Below, in pieces: positions 39,620 to 58,219 of a DNA stretch of 64,000 nucleotides. The notes under the pieces were generated by a model that saw only the letters and a list, made by a program, of their open reading frames with translations, was not told the DNA's origin and did not search any database. Source of the DNA: the human T2T-CHM13v2.0 reference genome, Homo sapiens; the NCBI RefSeq assembly GCF_009914755.1, contig NC_060932.1; one strand, 5' to 3'. Positions within the stretch are counted from its first letter, which is position 1, and each line of letters starts with the position of its first letter. The translations under genes and the position numbers were made by a program.

Positions 39620-39780
39620 AGAACATCCATCAGAAGTGCATGGAGTGGGCAGAGCCTGTTCAAAATGTAGATTCCCAGTCTGCTCCCAGAGATTTAGGCG
39701 TAGTAGAGCTGAGATGGGGCCTGAGAATACGCATTTTAACACACTGGTTGATTCTGATGCTCCACTCTATGAGAAGCACC
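39620..39780. mobile_element. MER5-family fragment
   Basis: TGTTCAAAATGTAGATTCCC...ATGGGGCCTGAGAATACGCATTTTAACA...GATTCTGATGC. Confidence 0.7.
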
Positions 39781-40540
39781 TTATAGAGAGGAAAATGATG
39801 CAAAATAATAATTCCACACTTACAACTTTTCCTGATAATCTGTTGGCATTACATATCTCTCCCAAGCAATGGATCATAGTCTTACTTGGCTGCTTTTTTT
39901 GATGCAGCATGGCCTATAAAAAGCCCTTTTGCTTAACATTTTTCACAAACCTCAGATTATTCTGCATTTTGTCCTTCCTGATTTCCTCACAAAACTGCCG
40001 TTTAAGAGTAATTATTCCTGGCCATGGGCCATTCCTGTTATGAGTAGCATGGGTGCTTTAAAAACCTGAGCCCACCAGAGAACTCTCTGTCCAGCCCTGC
40101 CTTGGCCACTTCAGGTTCTCACAGGGCAGTCGCCTTCCCTGTATGGCATTCAGCAGGGATTCATTGATAATGTGATGAAGACTGTGGTCGACAGGGAGAA
40201 GCGCTATATGGGCTACTTATTAGGATGCCTATGTGAAATTTGCCCAGGGATGGGTAATATACGGGAGCTCTTCCACTTGGAAGCGGTTGAGGTAAGAGGA
40301 TAGTGGATTCATGCCAAAGCTGAGGCTGTCCAGCCTTCTGGAACTGCTGACATCTGACCTTCTACCCCTCCCCACATGCCCCCATCCAAACCCTTCCTCT
40401 CTGACTCTCTGGATCTTATATACACTTCCACTACAGCATATTCTACACTGCATTTTAATTGTTTGTATGTCTGCCATTTATTATACTTTCTGAAAGGCAG
40501 GAACCATGTCTCCTTTATTTAAAATTAAAACAATACAAAA

Positions 40541-40852
40541 GCCAGGTGTGGTGGCTCACGCCTGTAATCCCAGCACTTGGGAGGCCGAGGCAGGCTGATC
40601 ACTTGAGGTCAAGAGTTCGAGACTAGCCTGGCCAACATGGCAAAACCCCTTCTTTACTAAAAATACAAAAATTAGCCGGGTGTGGTGGCGCATGTCTGTA
40701 ATCCCAGTTACTTGGGAGGCTGAGGCAGGAGAATTGCCTGAATCTGGAGGCAGAGGTTGCAGTGAGCCAAGATTGTGCCACTATACTCCAGCCTGGGTGA
40801 CAGAGGGAGACTCTGTCTCAAACAACAAACAAACAAACAAACAAACAACAAC
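40541..40852 (+). mobile_element. AluS within an L2 3' end
   Basis: Full dimer; L2 end TTGGCACGTAATAGGCACTCAATAAATATGTGTT follows. Confidence 0.9.
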
Positions 40853-41467
40853 AGAAGCCTGTGCTTTAGACACTACTTGGCACGTAATAGGCACTCAATA
40901 AATATGTGTTAAATCAAACCAAAGATGACAAATATTTGATGTGCGTACTGACCTCCCTCTCCTGCATGGGGGCAGACGTTGCTAATGGATCTTAATGTTC
41001 TTTCCTACTGAGCCTGGAAGCAGCTTCAATATCCTTCAAAACATGGCTTTCCATAAAATCTGCCAGAATTGGCTTGCAAAAGAAACCTATTTGCCAATTC
41101 TAAACAAAATGGAAGTCCTTTTCTCCCTACCTTTCAGTTCTTCACTCCGTTTGTAGCATCACAAATAAAAACTTACAAATATAAATTAGGTACTTAAAAA
41201 GTCAGTCCAAGTTGGTGTGATATATACTAAGGGGATAATACAGGGAATTACAGTGAAATGTAATGCTGGAGGAGCTAGCATCTAGCAATAAGCAGATGGC
41301 TGAGTCTTCCAACTTGTGAGACTCTGAAATGATATGGTGAGATAATAGTGAGAATGACACTAAAACTCAGCACCTCTTCTCGTGGGATCAGCAGAACTGA
41401 AGCTTTTCAAGTTATGATTCTAATACCATAAAAGCAGGGCCCACATTTCAGTTGGATCCAAAATCTA

Positions 41468-41890
<423 letters not shown>

Positions 41891-42329
41891 CTACTCCCTT
41901 CCCCTTCCCTCTCCCTTCCCCATGCACCCTTTGAACCGTGATTATCATCTTTTACTTAGCAATCTTGAGGTTTCCACTGATAAAGTTCTTTTGTGTGTTT
42001 ACATAACCTGCCCAAAGTGGGGCTGCTCTGAAGTAAAGCCAGATCCTCTATCACTGACTCTTTCTCTCTCAGCAGTGGCCACTATAGTTGTTTTCTCTCA
42101 AATCCATTCTTTAGAACTCAGCGACACTGAGAAAAACTTCTTAAACTCCTGGATTGGAGACTAAAGAACTTAACAGCATATTTAAGACTTGAATAAGCTC
42201 TCAATTTTCTGGTCTCAGTCTCAGAGGGGAATTGGGTTTTAAGGACCTGTAATACAGAAATCCTTACTTATTGGACTCTACTAGTAAGTGAGATTCTCCA
42301 AATTAAAAACAAAACAAACAAACCAAAAA

Positions 42330-43007
<678 letters not shown>

Positions 43008-43171
43008 TTAAGGCATTAGATCCATCTCTGCTTTCATAAACAGCCTAACTAGTTCTGTGCTGCCCCAAGATCAGAATCAAGAGCAGAAATATTTGTTCAC
43101 TATGCTGTCGAGTAGTGCAGGAGCTTCCCACAAGATTTTGTGGTATGTTGGCTTAAATGTTTCCATTGTGA

Positions 43172-43475
<304 letters not shown>

Positions 43476-43578
43476 GTTTCAACTGTGCCTCTTTTTGAGC
43501 TTTTAGGACAGGTTTTTATAGTCCTGTCTGTTCTCTCCTTCTGGAGCTGTCAGATGCCATACCTAGCTCTCACTATGA

Positions 43579-44195
<617 letters not shown>

Positions 44196-44700
44196 TGCGA
44201 GCCCACTTTCAAAATGTATGTCTACTTTCAAGTTATTATTTCTAAGAGGTTATGGGCTAGAAAATTAGAGAATCAGATTTCTTTGAGTTGTGTATAAAAT
44301 CAGAGTTACTAGGCTCTAAATGAAGCCTTAGGGACTTTCTGATGAATAAAGTGCTTCAAATAAAGTAATGAACATTGTGTCATCTAATTGGACTATGTAG
44401 AGTCATGTTATACTCATTCCCGGATTCTTGGGTGGCTGAGTTTGCTGGAAAAGTAATTTTTGGATAAAGTGTTACAATTTAAAATAATTTAATAGTGGTT
44501 AAAAAGTTAAATTAAAAAACATTTCTTAGAAAATTTCTGATATGTTCCTGAGACATTTTATGTAATTCAATTTTTGTATCTATTTAAGGGAATCTTGCAA
44601 TGATAATTTTCCTGAAGTACATAAGAGGTAAGAAAACATATGCTTGCTTTTCCATATGTTAAGTTGTTGAGAGCAAGTTATGCTGGTTTTTTAGTTTCTA

Positions 44701-45119
<419 letters not shown>

Positions 45120-47010
45120 TTAGCTTCTCAAAAGCATAAAAGATCTGGCAAAATAGTAAAAAACTAAAGTCCAAAATCAAAGGGAAAATAAGAACTCTGA
45201 AAGTTATGTAGAGCCTTGAAGCTGTTTTTGCACTGAGGGCATTTGCCAGCTTAGGCAAACTTGAACTTTGTTTCTGAGGGCCTTTCAGGACAAGGGGTAC
45301 AGAATCATAGCCCACCACAGCCTGTCCCTCCCCTTACTGTGGGTCATGGGTCAACTCCACAGACAAGGGTGAAACAAAAGTCAATGTGCCTTCCCCATCA
45401 GGCCCAGGAGATCACAGGCAAAGCTGCCCTTCTGATAAGCAGACTAGGGCAGGTAGCAATGGTAGGAAACAGCCCTGAGAAGTTACAAGTGCAAATTAGT
45501 CCTTTCATGGCTTCCAAATTTATATCACTTTGGTCGTCAAAAATAAATTAACAAAAACCATAAAATCATAAAAACCTCTCGAGTTGTGAATTTAGTTTAA
45601 AGTACCTTAGTGCAAAGTGCCCCCTGGGCGACTGGCACAAGCAAATGAAAGTCCTCTCTGTAGGAAATTAGCATCACCCTATGCTTCAAATAATCCCCCC
45701 AAATAATTTTTAAGGACAATGATCAGCACGTAGTCAAAAATAACCAAGCCTATAAGGAAATAAGCCATCAAGAATCAGAAATAGAAGAAAGAGACCTGCA
45801 AAGACTTCAAATTTTGAAATTATTAGATGGACTCTATAAAAACAACTATGCTTACTAAATTTAATAAAAAATTAGTAAAAAAAAATATGGAAAAGGGAAC
45901 TATAAAAGTGACCTAGCAGATTTGAAAAAGAACCAGGCCAAGTGCGGTGGCTCATACCTGTAATCCCAGCACTTTGGGAGTCCCAAAGGGAGGATTGCTC
46001 GAGCCCAGGAGTTCAAGACCAGCCTGGGCAACATGGTGAAACCCTGTCTCTACAAAATATACAAAAAATTAGCTGGGCCTGGTGGTATGCACCCATAGTC
46101 TCAGCTACCTGGGAGGCTGAGGTGGGAGGATTGACTGAGCCCAGGAAGGTTGAGTCTGCAGTGAGCCAAGATCATGCCACTCCACTCCAGCCTGGGTAAC
46201 AGACTGAGAACCTGTCTCAAAACAAACAAACAAACAAAACCCAAATTGAACTTCTCAAAATTAAAGATACAATAACCAAAATTTAAAACTCAATTGACGT
46301 ATGTTAACAGCAGATAAATACTAATGAAGAGAGAATTAGAGGACTGCAATATAGATCAGAAGAAATTATGTGCAGTACAGCACAGAAAGACAACAGTATA
46401 GAAAATATGAAAGATAGGTTAGGAGACATGGAGAATATAGAGTGAAAAGGTCTAACATTACTTTAATCAGACTCCCAGAAGGAGAGGAGAAAGGGACTTG
46501 GAGAAAAATAATATATGAAGACATAATAGCTGAAAATTTTCCAGAACTGATCAAAGACATCAGTCTACACATTTAAGAATGGTAGAAAGAAATGGCAAGA
46601 AAAATAAAAAGAAATCTGTATCCAGACACATCATTGTGAAACTTTAACAACCAAAGACAAACGAGGTCTTAAAATCAACCAAAGAAAAAGATGATATTCA
46701 AAATAGTGACAAATAGGCAATAGCTGCATGAAAGTAGCAAAGGAAGTCCAAAGCCAGTGGAATGAAACCATCAGTGAACTTAAATAATTGCCAAACCAGA
46801 ATTCTATATCCAGCAAAAATATCTTTCAAGAATGAAGGCAAAATAAGTCAGTTTTAGACAAATCAATACAGAGTTTCCTCCTAGTACAGTCTGACTTCAG
46901 ACCTTTCGTTTAGGTAGAATAAAAGTGATCTCATAAGGGACACCTGAGATAAAAGAAAGAAGAAAGTTCAAAGAAGTGGTAAGTATATGGATACATCTAA
47001 GTAAATATTA
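45120..47010 (+). mobile_element. Ancient L1M/HAL1-type ORF1-region remnant split by AluJ (45936-46240)
   Basis: CCCAGAAGGAGAGGAGAA...ATAATAGCTGAAAATTTTCCAGAACTGAT...CCAGAATTCTATATCCAGCAAAAATATCTTTCAAGAATGAAGGCAAAATAA are ORF1-type motifs. Confidence 0.75.
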
Positions 47011-47197
47011 TTAAAGTGGTGCAAAAGTAATTGCGGTTTTTGCAAGGAAACAAATTCTCCCACGGAGTCTCTAGAAAGACCACAGCCCTACAGACTCATT
47101 TTAGACTTCCAACCTCTAGAAGTGTAAGATAATAAATTTGCGTTGTTGCAAGCACTAAGTTTGTGGTAATTTGTTATAGCAGCAATAGGAAACTAAT

Positions 47198-47198
<1 letters not shown>
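47010..47198 (+). mobile_element. MADE1 terminal fragment (47010-47043) abutting an MLT1 LTR 3' fragment (47044-47198)
   Basis: GGTGCAAAAGTAATTGCGGTTTTTGC (Hsmar1/MADE1 TIR); GTAAGATAATAAATTTG...GTTTGTGGTAATTTGTTATAGCAGCAATAGGAAACTAATA. Confidence 0.8.

Positions 47199-47201
<3 letters not shown>

Positions 47202-47231
<30 letters not shown>
47202..47231. repeat. (CA)n microsatellite
   Basis: Seen directly. Confidence 0.95.
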
Positions 47232-48028
<797 letters not shown>

Positions 48029-48059
48029 AATATATGTGGGGGGGAGTTGTGTGTGTGTG

Positions 48060-48500
<441 letters not shown>

Positions 48501-48679
48501 GGGCCCCGCCCAAAAAACTGAGGAATCCTGGAATTTAGATGGGATTCACAGACTATTTAATTATTAAGTTTCGAGTCATTGAGAGACAGATGAACGATCT
48601 GTAGAATATCCCTGTTCCTTATAGTGTCTCCTTACTGCCACCTCACATTTGACTTCTCCTCTGCTTGTTAATTCCCCCA

Positions 48680-49940
48680 CCATAGTTGGGAATGGAAAGA
48701 ATGTGGAGGAACAAAGGCCACGTGTGGGCTCTTTCGTTAATTAAATATGTGAACTTGGACAAGTTACTTAAACTCTTTGTTTCTTAATCTATAAAATGGA
48801 AGTAATCATTTCCTATAAGAACCTCTTAGGGTTCTTTTACAGGAAATAAATGAGATAAAGCACTTACAACAATTTCTATGTAGAAATGTCACTTCTTTTT
48901 GAATTTCATTTATCCATCCCCCGTATCTCCACCTCTAAATGTTTATGGAGAACTTGCCTTGTACCAGGCCCTTTGCTGGCTCCTAGGGATACAAAGCCAA
49001 TAAACCAAAACCCCATCTTCAAAGTGTTCATAGTTTAATAGAGGAAGCAGATGAAAACTACACGATGGTAATGCAAAGGGTCAGTGAGACAAGTAAGGTT
49101 TAAACAATGCACTGAGGCATTCCAAGGGAAGGAGTCATTAACCCTGCCGAGGGTGGAGTGAGGCAGGGGCCTGGTCAGGGAAGCCTGCCCAGGGAAACAC
49201 TTGAGCAAAGTCTTGAAGGATGAGTTGGAATTTTCCAGCTGGAGAAAATGAGGGAGGAAAGGATAAATTTCCAGGAAGGGATCAGTATAGGCAGGCTTGG
49301 AAGGAGATGATGGATTGGGGAAATGGCAAGTTGTTGGGTATTAGGGTATTGAGGAGGGAGATGAAATTGGAGTACTCCGCTGTGGTCAGAAATCAAAAGG
49401 CCACATTCACCAAATGTAAGTTTGGAACTTCCTCCCCAGGCAGTGGAGGGCTGTTGGGAGCAGGGGTGAGGAGGATCAGAGCTGTATTTTGGAAAAATCC
49501 CTCTGCCTCTGTGGGGACGGATGGGAAAGGCTCTACTTGCAGTGAGAGGTGAGAGGACTGAACTAAGGCAGTGGCCTTGGAATGGATAAAGGGGACATAG
49601 ATTAAGAGTCATTTAGGAGACAGAATTGGGTGGACTTGGTACTCATTGATTCAGGGTGGGGGTAATTGCTCTATTTCCAGCTTGTGCTAATAATGATGGT
49701 AGATAATAATACCATTAACCAAGTTAAAGGAAACCAACAGATCGGCTGTGGGGTGAAGATAATAAGAAGTTTGTTTTGGATTTACTGTGGGATATCCAGG
49801 CAGAGATTTCTAGTAGGGGGTTGGAAATTTTGTTCTGAAACTCAGAAGAGAAATGAAATGTGGACATAGAGATTTGAAAGCCATTAATATAGAAGCCAGG
49901 GGAATGTGTGGGCTATCCCAAGCAATCGATGTTTGTTGAA
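48680..49940. mobile_element. MIR (+, ~48680-48880) and L2 (-, ~48905-49940)
   Basis: TGTGAACTTGGACAAGTTACTTAAACTC; GGTCAGGGAAGCCT...TTGAAGGATGAGTTGGAATTTTCCAG. Confidence 0.75.
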
Positions 49941-50771
49941 TCACTTGAAAAGCATGAGCAGTGTGCTCCCCTAAGTGCCTTTTTCCTTAGCATGTTTTTG
50001 GACCTGGATTAAGAATGTTTTTATTGAGTACCCAAGATCCTTCACCCCAGATCATACAGATTGTAGAGTAGCTACTAATAACTTGGGTCCAGGTTACAGC
50101 TTAAATTTAGAGTGTTGGATTTTACCAAAGTCATTCAGGAATGACAAACAAGCAGAAAACTCTCTTAGAGTATTCTGACAGGCAAATCTTGTACCTGGAT
50201 ACCGATTAAGTAAAAATTTTGCACAAAATATTCAATATAATAGCAAGGTTCTGAGAATGTCAAGATCTGTACTCTTCTCAGATGGAAATTTGGTGAGTAA
50301 CTTGTTAAAATTTTGTAGCATAAATAAAAATCCCTGATGTTTTAAAATTTTCATCTATTATTGTGATTTTCAGTAGCATACCTTGGAAGTTTCAGGCCTC
50401 TTGAATGCAGAATCATAGAATTTTTAGCCCTGGAAGGAGCCTTAAAGTCATTGAATCCAGTCCTTTAAGTTTGCAAGTGGAGACACAGAGACTAAGGTGA
50501 CAGTGCCATGCTGGGCCACTCCGTTTGGGGTGAGTGACCAACCCGAGTGGCCAGCTGAGTGGCCCAGCTGATCCCTGAGTCATTCTTTCCCCTTTCCATA
50601 TCCTTCCTCTCAATGGAGTCCAAGCTTGCTAAGGTTTCAGGATAAAAATGAACTAAAACTCAGCTGTCCAAATGAAAGGTTTTAATTGATTTATGAATTT
50701 AATGCATATCTGTGATGCTTGGAGCTAGATAAGAACAAAAAGCCAAGCGTGATTAAGATTCTTCATTTGCA

Positions 50772-51138
<367 letters not shown>

Positions 51139-51204
51139 TTATTGGAGTTCCACAAGGACAGACCTGCCTGCAGGATAGGACAGTGACAAGGGTCTGATCT
51201 CAAG

Positions 51205-51399
51205 TAGGGTTGCCAGATTTAGCAAATAAAACTAGAGGATGCCCAGTTAAATGTGAATTTCATATAAGCCATGAGTAATTTTCTAGCATAAGTATGTCTT
51301 ATGCAATATTTGGGATACACTTATACTAAAAAACAGTATCCACTGCTTATCTGCAATTCGAAGTTAACTGGGAGTCCTGTATTTTACCTGGCAATCCTA
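51205..51399. mobile_element. MER53 palindromic MITE
   Basis: TAGGGTTGCCAGATTTAGCAAATAAAA...TATTTTACCTGGCAATCCTA. Confidence 0.88.
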
Positions 51400-52373
51400 C
51401 TCTTAAAGGACGCAGATTTTTAAGCATTTACAGATTATTGAGGCAGTCAGAGTCAGCCCCACTAGAGGTAACTGATGTTTTACAAAATTGCACATTTCAA
51501 AACTACCTAGGATTCACTATTCTTTGTGCAAAAGTGAAGGAGTTTTTATGCTGTGCCACTCCCATCTCCTGCCCCCTAAGTGGTAGTATAACGTGAGACC
51601 AATCTTTGACAAGATTAGCAAGCGTGGTGGCGGAGGGGGTGGGAGGGCACAGACAGAGTGCCTCAATCTCTGTGTGTTCTAAAGTAGTTGCATTCGCCTT
51701 TGTCTTTAGTGGCACAGACCAATTTTGCAGGCACAGAATCAGAATTCGTTACATAATCAGTGATTACAAAACCAGAGCTAAAATGTGGAACAATACAATG
51801 TTCTACAGAAAACCATAAAAAGAAGCATTTTGCAAGACAGTGTTTCACTCTTGGCGGATCCTCCATGTGAGCCTCGTTTAATGAGAGACTGAGCTAGTCC
51901 CACCGTACTGCAGGGAGCCTCATCACAAAAAAGGGCTGAGCTATGAGCGCGATGAAATGCCAGCCATGTCTCAGCAAATTAGCCGAGTTTGGCGACACGC
52001 TCAGCGGCAGTAAGATGTCATGACAATACTAGCTCTAAGAGTGATTTTCAAGTTCCGCCCCTGTGTCCACATGATGAAATCACCTTCCCAGGTGGCTCCG
52101 ATGTGGTCCGCTGAAAGTGGTAGGGGTGGTGACAGCAATGTCAGTGGAGGTGGGGAGAGGGTTAAAGTGATTCGGCAAATCCAGAAAGAAACACAATTTG
52201 ATCAATAGAATTAGGATATAGTTGCAAGGATGTTTGTAAAGTCACACCTAGAGCCATGGCCAAATTTTCTCATGGCAGCATTGAGAATCATGCAGTCAGT
52301 GACAATTTCAACAGAAAGGCTTTTATAGGACATGTGAGTCTAATATTTTTAAAAAATTCATCATCCAGTCTTA

Positions 52374-52791
<418 letters not shown>

Positions 52792-52904
52792 TCACATTAA
52801 ACAATTATATAATAGTTCTATTTTCTGAAACTTTAATAAAGAATAGTATTTGGTGTCTACTGTGGGCCACATGTTTTACAGGAGCTTTCTATGATCCCAT
52901 CTAA

Positions 52905-53790
52905 TTATTTTTAATTTATTTTTAAACTGTGATATGGTGGATATACATAACATAAAATGGACCATTTAAACCATTTTTAAGTGTATTTAATGCCACTAAA
53001 TTATTAATTTTATTTTTTTTGTAGAGACAAGGTCTCACCACGTTGCCCAGGTTGGTCTCAAACTCCGGAGCTCAAGCAATCCTCCTACCTTGAGGATCCT
53101 CCTACCTCCTACCCAATACCTGCCAAAGTATTGGGATTACAGGTGTGAGCCACTGCACCTGGTGGCCCAGCATAGGTTTGTTTTGTTTTTTGTTTTAGAA
53201 ACAGGGTTCTTGCTTTAGTTCTCAGGCTGGAGTGCTGTGGTGTGATCATAGTTCACAGCAATCTCCAACCCCTGGGCTCAAGTAATCCTCCAACCTTAGC
53301 CTCCTGAGTAGCTGGAACTACACGCTTCAGCCACTGTGCCCAGTTAATTTTTATTTTTTGTAGAAATAGCGGTCTTGCCATCTTGCCCAGGCTGGTCTTG
53401 AACTCCTGGTCTCAAGCAATCCTCCTACCTTGGCCTCCCAAAGTGCTAGGATTACAAGTGTGAGCCACTGCACCCAGACTTAATGCCACTGAATTTTAAG
53501 AATCAATTCAGTGGCATGAAGTACGTTCACAGTGTTGTACAACCATCATCACCATCCATCTCTGGGACTTTTTCATCTTCCCAAATTGCAGCTCTACCCA
53601 TGAAACAATAGCTCCCCATTACCCTCTCCCTCCAGCCTCTGGTAACCATTATCTGACTTTCTGTTGCTATACATTTGCCTATTTGAGATACTTCATATAT
53701 GTGGAATCATACAATCTTTTTCCTCCTGTGTCTGACCAATTTCACTCAGCATGATGTCTTCAAAGTTCACCCATGATGTAGAGCATGTAT
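52905..53790 (-). mobile_element. L1MB-type 3' end split by FLAM (53005-53168) and AluJ (53175-53479)
   Basis: ACATAACATAAAATGGACCATTT...TTCAGTGGCATGAAGTACGTTCACAGTGTTGTACAACCATCA; TSD TAATGCCACT(A/G)AATT. Confidence 0.85.
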
Positions 53791-54284
53791 TAGCTCATCT
53801 AATTCCTAGAACCTGAGAAATCGGTTCTATTATCACCCTAAGGAAATGGCACTGCCCCCCCCAAGCATTGCATGCTTCTGTCTTTGAAATTAAAGTGGAA
53901 GTGAATGGTCTATCCTGCTAGGATTGCCCTATGGACACCATAAAGTGTGGCCACATCCTGGGGTTAAGGATCCCAAGTCCTTTGAATCATCCTGGAAGAG
54001 GGTTTGGCGATGCTGTGGCGATGTTTTTGAGTTCTTTCAGCCTCCAAGAAGGGATGAAATGGGCCTCGGTGAGAAATAGAGCTGGTTGGTGACTTTCTGG
54101 GAACAAGGCCAATTTGTCCAAAGCAACTTTCAGAGGCCCTGAGCCCTGAAATGATCCTGGTGCCTCATCCTATCTCCCCCAAACCCCAATATGGAATTCG
54201 CAATAGAAACAATACCAAACCATTCAACTGATGCAAGCATTCAACTAATGCAGGGAAACCCACGATGGTCCCACTACTCCAATG

Positions 54285-55728
<1,444 letters not shown>

Positions 55729-56819
55729 AAAAATTTCTTTTCTCTCTCCCATGTTCATTCTCTGCCTCTTCTTCTGTTACCCAGCATGGTTGGTGACCTA
55801 ACCATGGAGTGGGCCTGCCTGTTGAGCCATTCTGCTGTGAAGAGATGGGGGTAAGTTCACGGAGAGCTGGCATTGAAGGATGGCTGGGAAGTCTCTGTGC
55901 TAGGATGGGGCAGGCAATGGCAATGTGTGTTCTAGATACTGATGTGACTCACCTGCAGTGAGGAGCAGAATTCCTAAGGTCCCCAGGAGGGCAGGAAAGG
56001 TGGGGATTCACATTCAGCCACAATGGTCAAGAAAGAGAAAAGGAGTGGGGCTTCAGAACACCTGGGGGTTGATGATGTCTTACACTTGGTGTTTCTCAAG
56101 TCCCAGGGCTCAGGTCTGGAGAAAAGGTGATTATGTAGGTCAGCGTCTCCAACTATAGAAAACAAGGCACTTGCTAGCGTAAGCTCAAGGCCATCCTCAG
56201 GAATGAATAGCTGTTGACTTTTCATTTTAAGTGCGGATTCGGGCATGTGAGGACAAAGTAATAATTCGGGTGAAAGGTCTCCCTTATGAAAGGATTCACT
56301 CTGAATCGCAGAAAACAACTCCTTCTCCTCCTAAGTACACCTTAACATTATTCCTTTTATAAGGGTAAGAGTCAAACTGGGACTTGGTAATCCAGCCAAA
56401 AACTGGATTCAGGGTGTGAATGAGCCTTATTGACTCTCTATGTATCCATAAACCACCTTGTAACCCCCCACCTGACATTATGCCTACCTGTCCTATTGAA
56501 TCAGAGGTCCCCAAAGCAAGCTGAGGGTGCCTACCTTCTTGGGAGAGAAGGACCCAGGCTCCATTCCTGCCACCGTGGGTTTGTAAGTCTTCGTAGACAG
56601 TGAGCCCCTTCTGCTTGGCTTCTCCTCCTCAGCTTTTGCAGGCAAGCTAAGGCTTTAGCCTTTCCTCGAGGGAGCTTTGGCCAATTTAGGGCAAAGCGGA
56701 ACTGTGTTTGGTAGTAACCTCGGGCTTGGGTTTCTGTGTCACTCAGCATACGTGGAATGTTCATGTTTCTGTCTGCCTTCACTTTCGAGCATGTTCTGTG
56801 TACCAGGCCCCATACAAAG

Positions 56820-56879
56820 TGCTTTAGGTAAGTATTACTATCCCATGACAAATGTTTTAGGTAAGTATTATTATCCCAT
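56820..56879. repeat. 33-bp-period tandem duplication (TG(C/T)TTTAGGTAAGTATTA(C/T)TATCCCAT) within a MIR
   Basis: Seen directly. Confidence 0.85.
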
Positions 56880-57383
56880 TTTACACATGAAGAAACTGAG
56901 ACTCAGGGATTTCCACCACCATGGATGGCACAGAGTTAGGACCGAGGTCTCTCCAGCCCCAAAGTTGAGCCTTCATCCATCAAGCCATGCCACTTTTGGA
57001 ATTGTGTCTGTCCAACGTCAGAACTTCTTTCATTCCCTGTCCTTGTCCTTGTTGAATGTTGTATGTTCAGAGATTTTTCCTTGGCTTTAGGGTCTGGGTC
57101 ACAACTCCACCACACCCTCAGGGACATGGTGCATCTCACCAGGGAGGTTATTCCTTCAAAAGTGTGGGCTCTTGGGGCGACACTGAAAGGGGAGTCAGAG
57201 CTTCAGAGTTTGTGGTTTCCTGGGCAAATTCCACAGTGAAAAGAACAAGACAAGAATCATTCATTTGAGTGCTTTAAAATAATAAATTATTGTTTCTATT
57301 TCCTGAGCACTTACAAAGTGCCAGGCATTGCGACAAGCACTTCACACACATTATCTCACCATATTTCCAACTACCCGCAAGGT

Positions 57384-57722
57384 ATAGGTCCCAATCCCTT
57401 ACCTGGTTCCGTTCAGATTCAGGTATGTTTCAGAATTCCGAAGCGTTCATGTTTTTAAGGGGCAAATCTGTGCCTGTACTGTATTTTTCATAACACCTCC
57501 CAGCAAGGTCTGGGGTGACATCCATCATTAGACATCGATATTTCTGCAGCTGACATATGGATAATCATGCTTAATGGGATAAATAAAAACTATATTATAT
57601 AAAGTCTCATAATCTTTCAGGTCAGGTTTTACCATCAAATGAATTTCCTGCTAACTTAAAAAAAAAGCTGTTTTTCAGAGCCTACTGGATTTCTGAATTG
57701 CTGATAAGGGATTATGGATCTG
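57384..57722 (-). mobile_element. MER46C-like (TcMar-Tigger) element inserted in a MIR (57280-57850)
   Basis: TAGGTCCCAATCCCTTA...GATAAGGGATTATGGATCTG TIRs; internal TGGGATAAATAAAAACTAT, CAGGTCAGGTTTT. Confidence 0.72.
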
Positions 57723-57934
57723 GAATATTATTTTTCCCACTGTATAGATGAGAAAACTGAGATTTAGAGACATCAAGGAACTTATCCAAGGTCATACCAC
57801 TAAGTGGTGGAGCCAGGGTTTGGAGCTGGTTTGATGTGCTTGTACCCCAGCACTTTTTTTTTTTAACCTCTGTTTTAACTTTAAAGCTTCACATGGCAGG
57901 AGATAAAAGTATTTGGAGGTGGGGGTTTTGGAGG

Positions 57935-58219
<285 letters not shown>

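Noticed and set aside
51568-51586. CTCF-like CTGCCCCCTAAGTGG
   Set aside because: One extra base breaks the core spacing (CTGCCCCCTAGTGG); not supportable without ChIP data
56232-56290. Faint resemblance to U12 snRNA (GATTCGGG...CGGGTGAAAGGTCTCCCT)
   Set aside because: Only short words match; no collinear alignment, Sm site, A-tail or TSD
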